Source: Ardenticatenales bacterium
Lineage (GTDB): Bacteria; Chloroflexota; Anaerolineae; Promineifilales; UBA4811
NCBI GenBank assembly: GCA_030593075.1
Contig: JAUVHW010000001.1
Location: 1 to 58,388 of the forward strand
DNA length: 58,388 bases
Direction of reading: 5' to 3'
The notes beneath the pieces were generated by a model. The model searched no databases and was not told where the DNA came from. It saw nothing but the letters and a program-made list of their open reading frames with translations. How positions within the stretch are numbered: the stretch's first letter is position 1; each line of letters opens with the position of its first letter. Of this stretch, positions 1 through 8,056 are shown one piece after another. Made by a program: the position numbers and the translations under genes.

Positions 1-222
1 TGTAGCCGCGTGATAGTTGCAGTTCCAGGTCATTGTCGGTCTTGTGGGCGCGGATGTCGACCATGCGCAAGGCACCCGCTTCCCAGATCAGGTCCAGGCA
101 GTCCGGCTCGCCAATGGCGGCATCAGCAAGAACCTCCCCGATTTTGAGCCAGGGAAAACGGGACTGGAGGTAGGCAAAGTTGGGGGGAAAGAGAGCACGG
201 TCGCCAGCGGTGGCAGAGTCAA
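1..222 (-). CDS. hypothetical protein, N-terminal part only (gene runs off the left edge)
   Basis: The reverse-strand frame is open from the window edge up to an in-frame TAG (plus 250-252). Candidate starts are TTG at 222 or GTG at 198. The translation ...FPPNFAYLQSRFPWLKIGEVLADAAIGEPDCLDLIWEAGALRMVDIRAHKTDNDLELQLSRGY looks protein-like, but I recognise no family. It competes with + ORF 17..253. Confidence 0.3.
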
Positions 223-246
223 AAGCGGCAGGCAAGATCCAATAGG

Positions 247-405
247 TCGCTAGAGATAGCCGACAGGCTTGGCATCTATGCCTATGATGCCTACATCATC
301 CGTTGCGCCGTCAAATACCGAGCCCCTCTACTCACCCTCGATCAGAAGTTGGCCAGTTCTGCCCGGCGCATGGGGGTCGAGGTCATGGAGGTAAAGGGAT
401 GCTAG
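247..405 (+). pseudogene. PIN-domain (VapC-like) toxin, C-terminal remnant only
   Basis: The frame ending at TAG 403-405 reads SLEIADRLGIYAYDAYIIRCAVKYRAPLLTLDQKLASSARRMGVEVMEVKGC, the typical last ~50 aa of a PIN/VapC toxin (YDAxY..A......LLTLD). The frame has no ATG/GTG/TTG start upstream, and its N-terminal two thirds are replaced by sequence that reads better on the opposite strand. Confidence 0.5.
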
Positions 406-629
406 TATACACTTATTCGAAGGCCAGGCAGAACCTGGCGTCGTTACTGGATCAGGCCGTGAGCGACGGAGAGGTCAGAATACGACGCAAGGACGGACAG
501 GTTTTCATCGTCCGGCCGGAGCCCAGAACCGATTCCCCACTGGATGTGGAAGGTGTGGACCTGGGTCTGACGGCCGATGAGATCGTGCAGTTCGTGCGCG
601 AGAGCAGACGGCCTCCGTACGGCGAGTAG
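399..629 (+). CDS. Phd/YefM-family type II antitoxin (apparently orphan)
   Basis: Internal ATG (codon 33 of ORF 303..629) is preceded by GGAGG. MLVYTYSKARQNLASLLDQAVSDGEVRIRRKDGQVFIVRPE matches the Phd/YefM N-terminal fold signature. The ATG overlaps the stop of the PIN remnant (ATGCTAG). Confidence 0.65.
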   Translation: MLVYTYSKARQNLASLLDQAVSDGEVRIRRKDGQVFIVRPEPRTDSPLDVEGVDLGLTADEIVQFVRESRRPPYGE

Positions 630-745
630 CGCCGCCGTGCTGGCCTCAGTTGAGCCGTGGGGCGGTTAGTGAGGTTGGACCCGCTCTCTCTCGCGGCCGC
701 GGGCGCAGCCCTTCCAGCTGCTGGCTGCAGCGCGACCGAACGCCC

Positions 746-774
746 TTGTCACACCAGAACATTCGTGCTATTAT
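746..774 (+). promoter_or_regulatory. sigma70-like promoter motif with no obvious downstream gene
   Basis: TTGTCA (746-751), 17-nt spacer, TATTAT (769-774). The next + strand coding sequence is far away and the downstream genes are on the minus strand. Confidence 0.2.
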
Positions 775-852
775 CCCCTCATGCACGCACGTATCGGCCG
801 CCACTGCTCCCACTTGGGAACGGCGCATCCAAGGTCTCCCACCCTATCGCAG

Positions 853-888
853 AAAAAAACACCCGGGAAACAATTACCGGAACCGGGA
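853..888 (-). terminator. putative intrinsic terminator after the HAD-hydrolase/methyltransferase gene string
   Basis: On the minus strand, CCCGG (883-887) pairs with CCGGG (within 862-867) across a 15-nt loop and is followed by T7 (853-859). It lies about 40 nt after the stop at 930. A T-run like this is conspicuous in such GC-rich DNA. Confidence 0.4.
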
Positions 889-929
889 CACGAGGACCGC
901 CCCCCCCGCGGCTCGCTGTTGCGAGACGC

Positions 930-1568
930 CTAACCTGCCAGCACCCCCACTTCCGCCAGGTATTCTCTCAGCCCCCCCACGCTGCTGAACCGAACCGCGT
1001 GCATGCCCAGCTCTGCGGCCGCCTCCACGTTGTGCTGCTGATCGTCGATGAACACCGTCTGCTCCGGCCGCAAGGCCAGTTGCTCCAACGCCAGCTGAAA
1101 GATCTTCGCCTCTGGCTTGGCGTACCCCACCCGTGCCGAGTTGATGATTAGCTCAAAGTAGTGCTCAACCCGGAATCGGTCGGCCAGGACCGCTTCCAGC
1201 GTGTCGGTGGCGTTGCTGACGATGACCAACCGGGTTCGGCCCTGCAGCTCGTCCAGCAGGGCCCGCATCTCGGGCGCCACCCCCTTGTCGGCGTACAGGC
1301 GCTCGGCAAAGGCGGCCTGCTCGGCCGGGTCCAAGATGCCAAAGGGCGAGAGCGCCCGGTTCCGGAACTCGGCGTCGCTGATCTTGCCCACGCGGGCCAG
1401 CTTCCAGGCCTCCGAATGGTAGAGCCGCTGCCACATCTCTTCCACTTCCAGCCCCAGCTCGGCCGCCAGCTCGATGCGAGCGGTCTCCTCGGCCGCCCGG
1501 TCGGCCGGCACGTCCAACACCCCCCCCACGTCAAAGATCACCGCCTCGATGTCCGGCCGCGCCCTCAC
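930..1568 (-). CDS. HAD-superfamily hydrolase (subfamily IA-like)
   Basis: Motif I variant VIFDVGGVL, and a C-terminal FIDDQQHNVEAAAELGMHAVRF (HAD motif IV region). Confidence 0.85.
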   Translation of the reverse strand: MRARPDIEAVIFDVGGVLDVPADRAAEETARIELAAELGLEVEEMWQRLYHSEAWKLARVGKISDAEFRNRALSPFGILDPAEQAAFAERLYADKGVAPEMRALLDELQGRTRLVIVSNATDTLEAVLADRFRVEHYFELIINSARVGYAKPEAKIFQLALEQLALRPEQTVFIDDQQHNVEAAAELGMHAVRFSSVGGLREYLAEVGVLAG

Positions 1569-2350
1569 TGCAGCAGTTCCTCAATCTCCGCGACCGCTTG
1601 CCGCGTGTCGCGGAACAGTACCGCGTGCAGCCCAGCGCTTCTGGCCCCCGCCACGTTCTCCGCGAAATCGTCCACCAGGATCGCCTCGGCCGGGCTGATT
1701 CGCATTCGTTCCAACGTCTGCTGGAACAGAGCGGCGGCCGGCTTGAGCACGCCCACGCGGGCCGAGATGATGATCGGCTCGAACAACTGGTGCAGTTGGT
1801 GCTTCTCGAGCAGGGACTCCAGTTCGGCCGTATAGTTGCTGAGCAGCGCCACCTGGCGGCCGGCCGCTTTCCATTCGCGGATACGCTCGATCAGCGTCTG
1901 GTTGAGCCGGTCTCCGGCCCAGAAATCGCGCCGGAACTCGGCCAGCGCGGGGGGTGTCAGCCCGAGCGACCGGCCGATAGCCTTCCAGCAGTCCTCCGGA
2001 TCCAGGTTGCCCAGCTGCGCCTCGCGCCAGTGGGAGCTATCGAAAATGGCTCGATCGACGTCGCCGGCCGGCAGACCCAGCTGAGCCTCCCAGCGCCGCC
2101 GGCCGCTGTCATCCTCAGTGCGCATCACCACGCCACCCCAGTCAAAGATGAGGCTGGTGGGGCGCGGTCGAGCGGGCACCGAGACCGTCGCACGCTCCGG
2201 CGCTGAGGTCCGGCGTTCGCCGCTGTCCAACTGGGGCGGAGCGGCATTGGGTTGGGAACCCGGAGGCAGATCGCCAAGTGTCACTGGCCGCGGCTGCGGC
2301 CGCAACCGCAACTCAACTCCGGGGCCGGAGGCGGCGAGGGTGATGTTCAC
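1565..2350 (-). CDS. HAD-superfamily hydrolase paralog with a low-complexity N-terminal extension
   Basis: LIFDWGGVVM motif I variant, and ILVDDFAENVAGARSAGLHAVLF. There is a 4-nt overlap with the downstream HAD gene. The first ~70 codons are Pro/Arg-rich, so the true start may be an internal GTG. Confidence 0.8.
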   Translation of the reverse strand: MNITLAASGPGVELRLRPQPRPVTLGDLPPGSQPNAAPPQLDSGERRTSAPERATVSVPARPRPTSLIFDWGGVVMRTEDDSGRRRWEAQLGLPAGDVDRAIFDSSHWREAQLGNLDPEDCWKAIGRSLGLTPPALAEFRRDFWAGDRLNQTLIERIREWKAAGRQVALLSNYTAELESLLEKHQLHQLFEPIIISARVGVLKPAAALFQQTLERMRISPAEAILVDDFAENVAGARSAGLHAVLFRDTRQAVAEIEELLQ

Positions 2351-2379
2351 AAGGGGAGAATCGGCCTGACGGCCGGCTT

Positions 2380-3174
2380 TCAGGCCTTGCGCGCCAGCCA
2401 GACCAGACCCGGCCGGCTCGGATCGTAGGGCAGGTAGCCAAAATCGTTCAATTGCCCTTCGATGACAAAGTCTGCCTGATAGAGCAAGGCCGCCACCTGT
2501 TCGACCGTGGGATGCCAGGCCCGATGTCGATACTCGCGCCGGCTACCGTCCCGGCCGATCACCACCGTGTGCGAGCGCACCGTCCGGCTCCTGGGGTCAA
2601 AGGAGTGCTGGTACAGCTCGGTGGTCTCCGGGGTTTCCGACTGGCTCTCTTCCTGGCGCGGCGGGGTCGCCTCCCAGTCCGGGGTGCCAAAGAGAAAGCG
2701 GCCGCCCGGCTTGAGGATGGCGTGCACCAGGTCCAGCAAGTGCAGCGCAGCGGCCGGGCCCTCGGTCCAGTCCAGCAGGTTGCTGCGGAACTGGACCACG
2801 GCGTCCACCGTGTCCTCCAGCACCAGATCACTCAGGTCGCCGTGCACCCAGGTGATGCTCACCGCTGCCTGCTCGCTGGTCTCCCGCGCCAGTTCTAGTA
2901 GGTCGGCCGAGGCGTCCAGGCCAATCACCCGCAATCCATAGTGAGCGAGCGCAATTGCGTGGCGTCCCCATCCACAGCTCAAGTTGAGAACCGTGTCGCC
3001 TTCCCGCACGTCGAGGGTCTGGCTGGCGAACTGGATGTCGGTAAAGGTATTGTCGGCCCATTCGCCCAACTGCCCGCCGGCGCGCAGCCAGCGCGCCCAG
3101 CTGGCGGCGCTATGCTCGTACCACGCCCGGTTCTCAATCAGTTGGTTGGCTGAGTTCTCTACGCTCTGCATCAT
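2380..3174 (-). CDS. class I SAM-dependent methyltransferase
   Basis: VLNLSCGWGRHAIALAHYGLRVIGLDAS (SAM-binding motif I plus the acidic loop) and ILKPGGRFLF. Confidence 0.85.
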   Translation of the reverse strand: MMQSVENSANQLIENRAWYEHSAASWARWLRAGGQLGEWADNTFTDIQFASQTLDVREGDTVLNLSCGWGRHAIALAHYGLRVIGLDASADLLELARETSEQAAVSITWVHGDLSDLVLEDTVDAVVQFRSNLLDWTEGPAAALHLLDLVHAILKPGGRFLFGTPDWEATPPRQEESQSETPETTELYQHSFDPRSRTVRSHTVVIGRDGSRREYRHRAWHPTVEQVAALLYQADFVIEGQLNDFGYLPYDPSRPGLVWLARKA

Positions 3175-3288
3175 CTCCGTTCGCCCAGGGCCAGGTCAGT
3201 CTGCTGCGGCTCATTTCCCGCGGCTGAACGGGCGCGAGTTTACCATGGCGGGAGAGGCGCGTCAAGCAGGCCATGGGCGTCTCTTGCG

Positions 3289-4113
3289 TCACCCTGCGAC
3301 CGGCTTGAGAAAGATGAGGACAAACTCGTGGACCTTGTTGACCCGAAACCGGCAGGGGTATCCTAGCGGCCGCAGGTTGTTGTACTCGGCGCGACGATCC
3401 CAGATGATCAGGTCGTCGTAGATGAACCCCAGCTCCTGCATCGAGTCGGCCAGATGCTGGTGCAGCGGGAAGAACTGGGACGCCTTGCGCAGGTCCATCA
3501 CCACGACGCAGCAATAGCCACCCGGACGGAGGCAGGCCCAGACCCCGGCAAAGACCTGCGACAACGCTGCCAGGAAGCCATCGTATTCCTCAATGCTGCC
3601 CAGGTCGGCCGCTCGATCTCCATAGTGCCGGCTTGGCTGTCCATCGGCCGTGCGCCGCTGGCGCAGGACGTCCCAGTAAGGAGGGGACGTGGCGCAGAAA
3701 TCAATGCTCCCCGGCGCTAGCATCTCACCAAGCCCTCGCGCGTCTTCCTGGATCAGGCAAAAGCCCGGTTCCGCCAGCTTGCCCTCTACCAGGTGGCTCT
3801 CCCGGGAGCCGGCCTCCAGCAGCCGTTGGCGGGCCACAGCCATGTAATCCGGCGAGAGATCGACGCCAATGGCGTTCAGCCCCCGGCCGCAGGCCGCCAG
3901 CAAGGTCGAGCCGCTGCCGGCAAAGGGGTCCAGCACGGTCCGGTCGCTCTCTTTGACAAAACACTGAAGGAGCCGGTCCACCAGCATGACGGGAAAGAGG
4001 GCCGGGTGCCCCAGCGCGGTCTCTTCCGGCGTCTTGCGCAGGTCGTTCCACACGCTGATGGAATAGCGCAGCCAAGCGGTTCCGTTGAGTGCGTTGGCTC
4101 TAGGTTTAGGCAC
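3289..4113 (-). CDS. N4/N6-family DNA methyltransferase, orphan (no nuclease neighbour)
   Basis: HPALFPVMLVDRLL...VLDPFAGSGSTLLAA (motifs X/I), followed about 75 aa later by CATSPPYWD (motif IV), RPGGYCCVV and IIWDR. Confidence 0.8.
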   Translation of the reverse strand: MPKPRANALNGTAWLRYSISVWNDLRKTPEETALGHPALFPVMLVDRLLQCFVKESDRTVLDPFAGSGSTLLAACGRGLNAIGVDLSPDYMAVARQRLLEAGSRESHLVEGKLAEPGFCLIQEDARGLGEMLAPGSIDFCATSPPYWDVLRQRRTADGQPSRHYGDRAADLGSIEEYDGFLAALSQVFAGVWACLRPGGYCCVVVMDLRKASQFFPLHQHLADSMQELGFIYDDLIIWDRRAEYNNLRPLGYPCRFRVNKVHEFVLIFLKPVAG

Positions 4114-4197
4114 GGGAGGAGTATATCAGACTGCTGTCGCCTCTGCTACCAGGAGCCGCGCAAGCCATTCGCGGGGCTGTACCGCTGCCGGCGCCCC

Positions 4198-4590
4198 CTA
4201 TTCTGAGACGTCGCAGAGGGTCGCAGGGAGCACCGAGAGCAGGTCGGCCGGGCGGAGGACCACTCCCGAGTTGGGATCGCCTGAACTCAGGGCCACTTGC
4301 TCCTCTGCCAGGATTCGTCGATCAAAGAGAATATCCACGTTCTTGTGGCGGAGGCCCAAAGGCGCAACCGCGCCTACCGGGTAGCCGGTAGCCTCGCTGA
4401 CCTCCTCCCGGGTCGCCAGTCTGGCCTCTGGGTCGCCCAGCTGCTTCCTGGCCTTCTTCAGACTCATCCGCCGGTCACCGGCTACCAGGGCCAGGCAGTA
4501 TCTGCCGTCGCCCTTTCTCACCACCATCGTCTTGACAATCTGGCTCGTGGCGACGCCCCTTTCCTGCGCTGCCTCCTCGGCCGTGAACAC
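4198..4590 (-). CDS. YbaK/EbsC/ProX-family aminoacyl-tRNA deacylase domain protein
   Basis: KTMVV...YCLALVAGDRRMSLKK...GYPVGAVAPLG...ILFD. The conserved N-terminal segment IVKTNVTRILDSLGISYSTREH lies in frame upstream of the listed GTG (up to 4665), so the true start is probably further upstream. See findings. Confidence 0.8.
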   Translation of the reverse strand: MFTAEEAAQERGVATSQIVKTMVVRKGDGRYCLALVAGDRRMSLKKARKQLGDPEARLATREEVSEATGYPVGAVAPLGLRHKNVDILFDRRILAEEQVALSSGDPNSGVVLRPADLLSVLPATLCDVSE

Positions 4591-4695
4591 CGGCCGCGAG
4601 TGCTCCCGGGTGGAGTAGCTAATCCCAAGGGAATCCAGAATCCTCGTGACGTTCGTCTTTACGATCCTGCTCCTCCCTGCGCCACAACGTCTGCA

Positions 4696-5715
4696 TCACT
4701 CAGTGAGCCGGCCCCAACCCGCGACATGGTGATGGTAGGGTGAGGGCGCGCTCGGTCTGTGGACGGTCAGCGTGAGGAGCGTGATCTCCGGCCGGCAGTT
4801 GAAACGGACCGCGGGCCGGATTGTGCCCAGCCCCCGGTTGGTATACTGCCACAGCCGGCCGCCCACCCGGTACAGCCCGCAGTTGTACTTGTGCGCCATA
4901 TGGGGTGCGGCGAGGTAGCCCATGAGCGGCAAACGAACTTGCCCGCCGTGGCTGTGGCCCTAGAGCTGCAGCCCGACCCGGCTGTCGGCCGCCACCGTGT
5001 CCGCATATTCCGGCTCGTGAGCCAGCAGCACCACTGGCCCGCTGGCCGGCACCCCGGCGAGCGCAGTGTCCAGATCATGGTGTTCCTCCCAGACGTGGTC
5101 CACCCCTGCCAGCCAGAGGGTCTCGCCGCCGGCGCTAAACCCAACTCGCTGGTTGCGCAGCAGAGTTATGCCCGCCTCCTGGACGGCTCTGGCGACCGTC
5201 TCTGCGCGAGTCCAGTGGTCGTGGTTGCCGAGGATAGCATATGTGCCCAGCGGCGGTGACCAGCCGGCAACTGCCCGGGCGGCCGGGAATGCGTCGGCCG
5301 CATCGTACGTGACCCAGTCGCGCGTGACCACCAGCAGGTCCGGTTCCAGCCGGGCGACGGTCTGCAAGGCGGCGTCCAACCTTTTGGGTGGTAGGTCAAC
5401 TCCGGCGTGCAGGTCACTGAGCTGGGCAATGCGCAAGCCATCCAACCCCGACGGTAGGCCAGCCAGGGGTATCTCGACTCGCTCTACCTCCAACCAGTCC
5501 GGCTCCACCTTCCAGATGTAGGCAGCGCCGAATCCCCCCAGCGCCGCCATCTGCACTGTGGCAGCGGCCGTCGCTCTGAAGAAGCCCCGTCGGGATAGTC
5601 TCGGCGGGGAAGCTGCGGCCGGCCGGGCAGGCGCCGCAGGGCGACTGTCGACTGTATCAGACGCTGGTGGTGAGGTCTGGATGAGACCTCTACTCTGACG
5701 GAAAGACCTGCACAA
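4696..5715 (-). pseudogene. Tat-signal metallophosphoesterase (YkuE/YaeI-like) interrupted by one in-frame TAG
   Basis: ORF 4960..6051 (SRRGFFRATAAA twin-arginine signal, LSDLHAG, ILGNHDHW) and ORF 4696..4932 are in the same frame, separated only by TAG at 4960-4962. Reading through gives VGLQL*GHSHGGQVRLP, where the family has L-S-G-H-T-H-G-G-Q. The likely start is TTG at 5715, because the longer ORF overlaps the upstream gene. Confidence 0.7.
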
Positions 5716-6889
5716 ACTCTCCCCCCCGCACCTGAAAGACGTATATGGTGGGGTTGGCCAGGTCGCCGTTATCCCGGTATTGGAGCGGGCCAATGATGGA
5801 CTGGTACGTGATGCTGCGCAGGGCGTCAGCGACGGCCGGCTGCTCCTGGCTTTTGGCCTCGCGGGCTGCCTCTGCCAGTACCCGAACCGCCAGGTAGCCG
5901 TTGATGCTGTAGGTATCCGGGTTCCGAAAATCCACCTGCTGGTAATCGCGGATCCATTGCTTGTCCACCGTCGCACGGGGTTCTGGGCCAAAGCCGCTGA
6001 CGTACATTTGCTCGGTGGCGGCCGCAAACTCGGCCGCGTGTAGGGAATCATCGGATTCGATGGCGGCGGAGAGAAAACAGCCGTCGGATGCTAAAAAGTC
6101 GGTCTCGCCGGCTCCCAGCTGCACCAGGTCGAAGCGCAGATACGGACACTCGATCTCATAGCCTGCATAGAAGATGGCGTCCGGTGCGGCGCTGACGACC
6201 TGCCTTAGCTCAGTGGCATAGTAGAGCGGCTCTCCTTCGGCAGCCGCCCGATCCGGGTCAGGCGGACCGATGGGGATCTGCAGGTTCAGGGGGACCTCGA
6301 CTCCCAGCGACTCGAGTTCGGCCTCCATCGAGTTGGCCAGACCGATGCCATAGGGGTCGTCATTGTGCATGATGGCTACCCGGCCGGCGCCCAAGGTCTC
6401 GACCAGAAACTCGGCGTCAACCCGCGCCTGTACGTCATCGCTGGCGTTGACCCGGAAAAAGTTGCGGTAACCTCGGGCCGTGAGGGACTGCTCACTAGCC
6501 GTGGGGGTGACCACGTTGATGTCCAGGTCCTTGTACACCTCCATGGCAGCCAGTGTCTGTCCGCTGTTGAGGTGTCCAACTACGCCGAGAGCTCTTCTCC
6601 CGCTGGCCACCTCGGCCGCGATCTGCTCCGCCACGCTCACTGCTACGTCGGAGTCGCTCTCGTCGTCAATCGCCTCGATGACCATCCGGTAGCCGTTGAC
6701 CCCGCCCTCCGCATTGACGTGCGCGGCCGCCAGCTTGGCCCCGCCTACGACGGTCTGTCCACCGTTGGCCTGGAATCCGGAAAGCGGCACCGTGACGTAC
6801 ACGATGATGTCTCCCTTGGTCGGCTCTTTACTGCCGCATGCGGTCAGGGACAGCGTGATCAGCAGACTGATTATGGCTATCTTGCGCAT
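5690..6889 (-). CDS. ABC-type branched-chain amino acid (LivJ/LivK-like) substrate-binding lipoprotein
   Basis: Signal peptide with lipobox (MRKIAIISLLITLSLTAC). Type I periplasmic-binding-fold features (VIVYVTVPLSG...GG...GYRMV..DDESD). There are no permease or ATPase genes next to it. Confidence 0.8.
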   Translation of the reverse strand: MRKIAIISLLITLSLTACGSKEPTKGDIIVYVTVPLSGFQANGGQTVVGGAKLAAAHVNAEGGVNGYRMVIEAIDDESDSDVAVSVAEQIAAEVASGRRALGVVGHLNSGQTLAAMEVYKDLDINVVTPTASEQSLTARGYRNFFRVNASDDVQARVDAEFLVETLGAGRVAIMHNDDPYGIGLANSMEAELESLGVEVPLNLQIPIGPPDPDRAAAEGEPLYYATELRQVVSAAPDAIFYAGYEIECPYLRFDLVQLGAGETDFLASDGCFLSAAIESDDSLHAAEFAAATEQMYVSGFGPEPRATVDKQWIRDYQQVDFRNPDTYSINGYLAVRVLAEAAREAKSQEQPAVADALRSITYQSIIGPLQYRDNGDLANPTIYVFQVRGGEFVQVFPSE

Positions 6890-7072
6890 TGCTCTACCTC
6901 TCTACCTATGCTCCCCAGTCGGGCTTCTCCGCCCCGGCCCTGCAGACGAGCGGCCGGAACTGGCACAGGCGCGGGACGCTGCTGCGCGCCACGCGCTGAT
7001 TTCTGACAGTTGCCAAGCACCCGACTCCTTTGCTCTCTCCACATACCTTCAGCCGCAGCAACCGACTGGACA

Positions 7073-7909
7073 CTATGGCCCGGCTGCCGGGTCCATGTAC
7101 GCCTCGTCCATCGCTGCAAGCAGGTCCTCCAGTCCCACTACCTGGTCGGCAATGTCCTCGCGCAGCCGCTTGGCACGGCTGCTGTCAATGTCCTTGGCTT
7201 CCACGAGCAGCGTCTGCGAGTACACGGTTCCCAGAGCCGAAAGCGTGCTCTCCAGTTGCAGTTCGGCGCGCTGCGTAGCGTTTTCCAGCCGTTCCAGGTG
7301 ATCAAGCTGAGTGCGTTTGCCCTGCAGCGTCGCCTCCATCTGAGCACGCACAGTCGGGTCGGTCTCCTGGGCTAGTTCCTTTTCCAGGCTCGCTACGCGG
7401 GCCGGTACAGCCTGGCGGTCACGGTGGACAACCGGGTCATTGCGATACTTGTCCACCCGGCTGGCGATCTGGTACACGCTGCGAATCCACTGCTCTATCT
7501 CATCCGCCACGTCCAGCAGATGGTCCTTCAATACACCGTCGCGGGTTTCGCGGATGTTGGTCTCGATGCGGCTCCGGTAGTCTAGCCCGCGATCGACCCA
7601 TTGCCTCAGGTGCTTGCTGCGAAGGCGCTCGGAGCTGAACTCCTCGCGCAGCATATCGGCTACCACTTTGCGGCCGAACTCCGGGTCGTTCAGATTGGCC
7701 CACGCCAATGCTACCTCGGCCACCAGCCCAAAGAGGGGCCAGAATGCCACCAGCCAGGCGGACCACCACGCCTGCTGGGCTCCCAGCCAGGTCATGAAAC
7801 CCAGGAGTATCACCAGAGCCAGAACCACCGCGCTCTTCCAGTCAAAGAAAGAGTGGACAATCATCTCGCGCATTGCGCGCTGGCGTATGTCACGTCTGGC
7901 TCTTGACAT
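7073..7909 (-). CDS. membrane-anchored coiled-coil protein (two N-terminal TM helices)
   Basis: Two hydrophobic helices (AVVLALVILLGFMTWL, LVAFWPLFGLVAEVALAW) followed by about 190 aa of heptad-like, charged sequence. The architecture resembles TelA/XpaC-type stress proteins, but I cannot verify the family. Confidence 0.65.
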   Translation of the reverse strand: MSRARRDIRQRAMREMIVHSFFDWKSAVVLALVILLGFMTWLGAQQAWWSAWLVAFWPLFGLVAEVALAWANLNDPEFGRKVVADMLREEFSSERLRSKHLRQWVDRGLDYRSRIETNIRETRDGVLKDHLLDVADEIEQWIRSVYQIASRVDKYRNDPVVHRDRQAVPARVASLEKELAQETDPTVRAQMEATLQGKRTQLDHLERLENATQRAELQLESTLSALGTVYSQTLLVEAKDIDSSRAKRLREDIADQVVGLEDLLAAMDEAYMDPAAGP

Positions 7910-8056
7910 TCAGTCCCTGTCCAATGGCCTCCGCACACCTGCGAGCAGGCGACTTTGGAGAGCTACTGGCCCCAGGCTATTAGCGTGTCGATGGTGCCTT
8001 GACGAGCACGCGCAAGGGGATGCGCCACGTCCTATCCAGCCTGGGTCAGGAGAGCA

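Noticed and set aside
17-253. The + strand 78-aa ORF at the left edge.
   Set aside because: It has no recognisable motif. The opposite strand gives a more protein-like translation. The region also lies where the PIN gene was truncated. Neither call is strong, so it is not reported as a CDS.
646-1151. Overlapping ORFs downstream of the antitoxin (646..828 -, 650..988 +, 657..1151 +), considered as candidates for the missing toxin.
   Set aside because: All are Arg/Pro/Ser-rich with no Doc, YoeB, RelE or PIN signatures. 657..1151 runs antisense into the HAD hydrolase gene.
4960-4962. The in-frame TAG as programmed recoding (pyrrolysine or readthrough).
   Set aside because: The homologous position is a small residue (Ser/Cys) in the family. 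No pyl genes or recoding signals are visible here. A point mutation or base-call error is the simpler explanation.
5716-6051. The N-terminal 112 codons of ORF 4960..6051.
   Set aside because: They overlap the 3' end of the well-supported LivJ-like gene in another frame and are Pro/Arg/Ser-rich. The Tat signal begins only after 5690, and TTG 5715 is the first plausible start.
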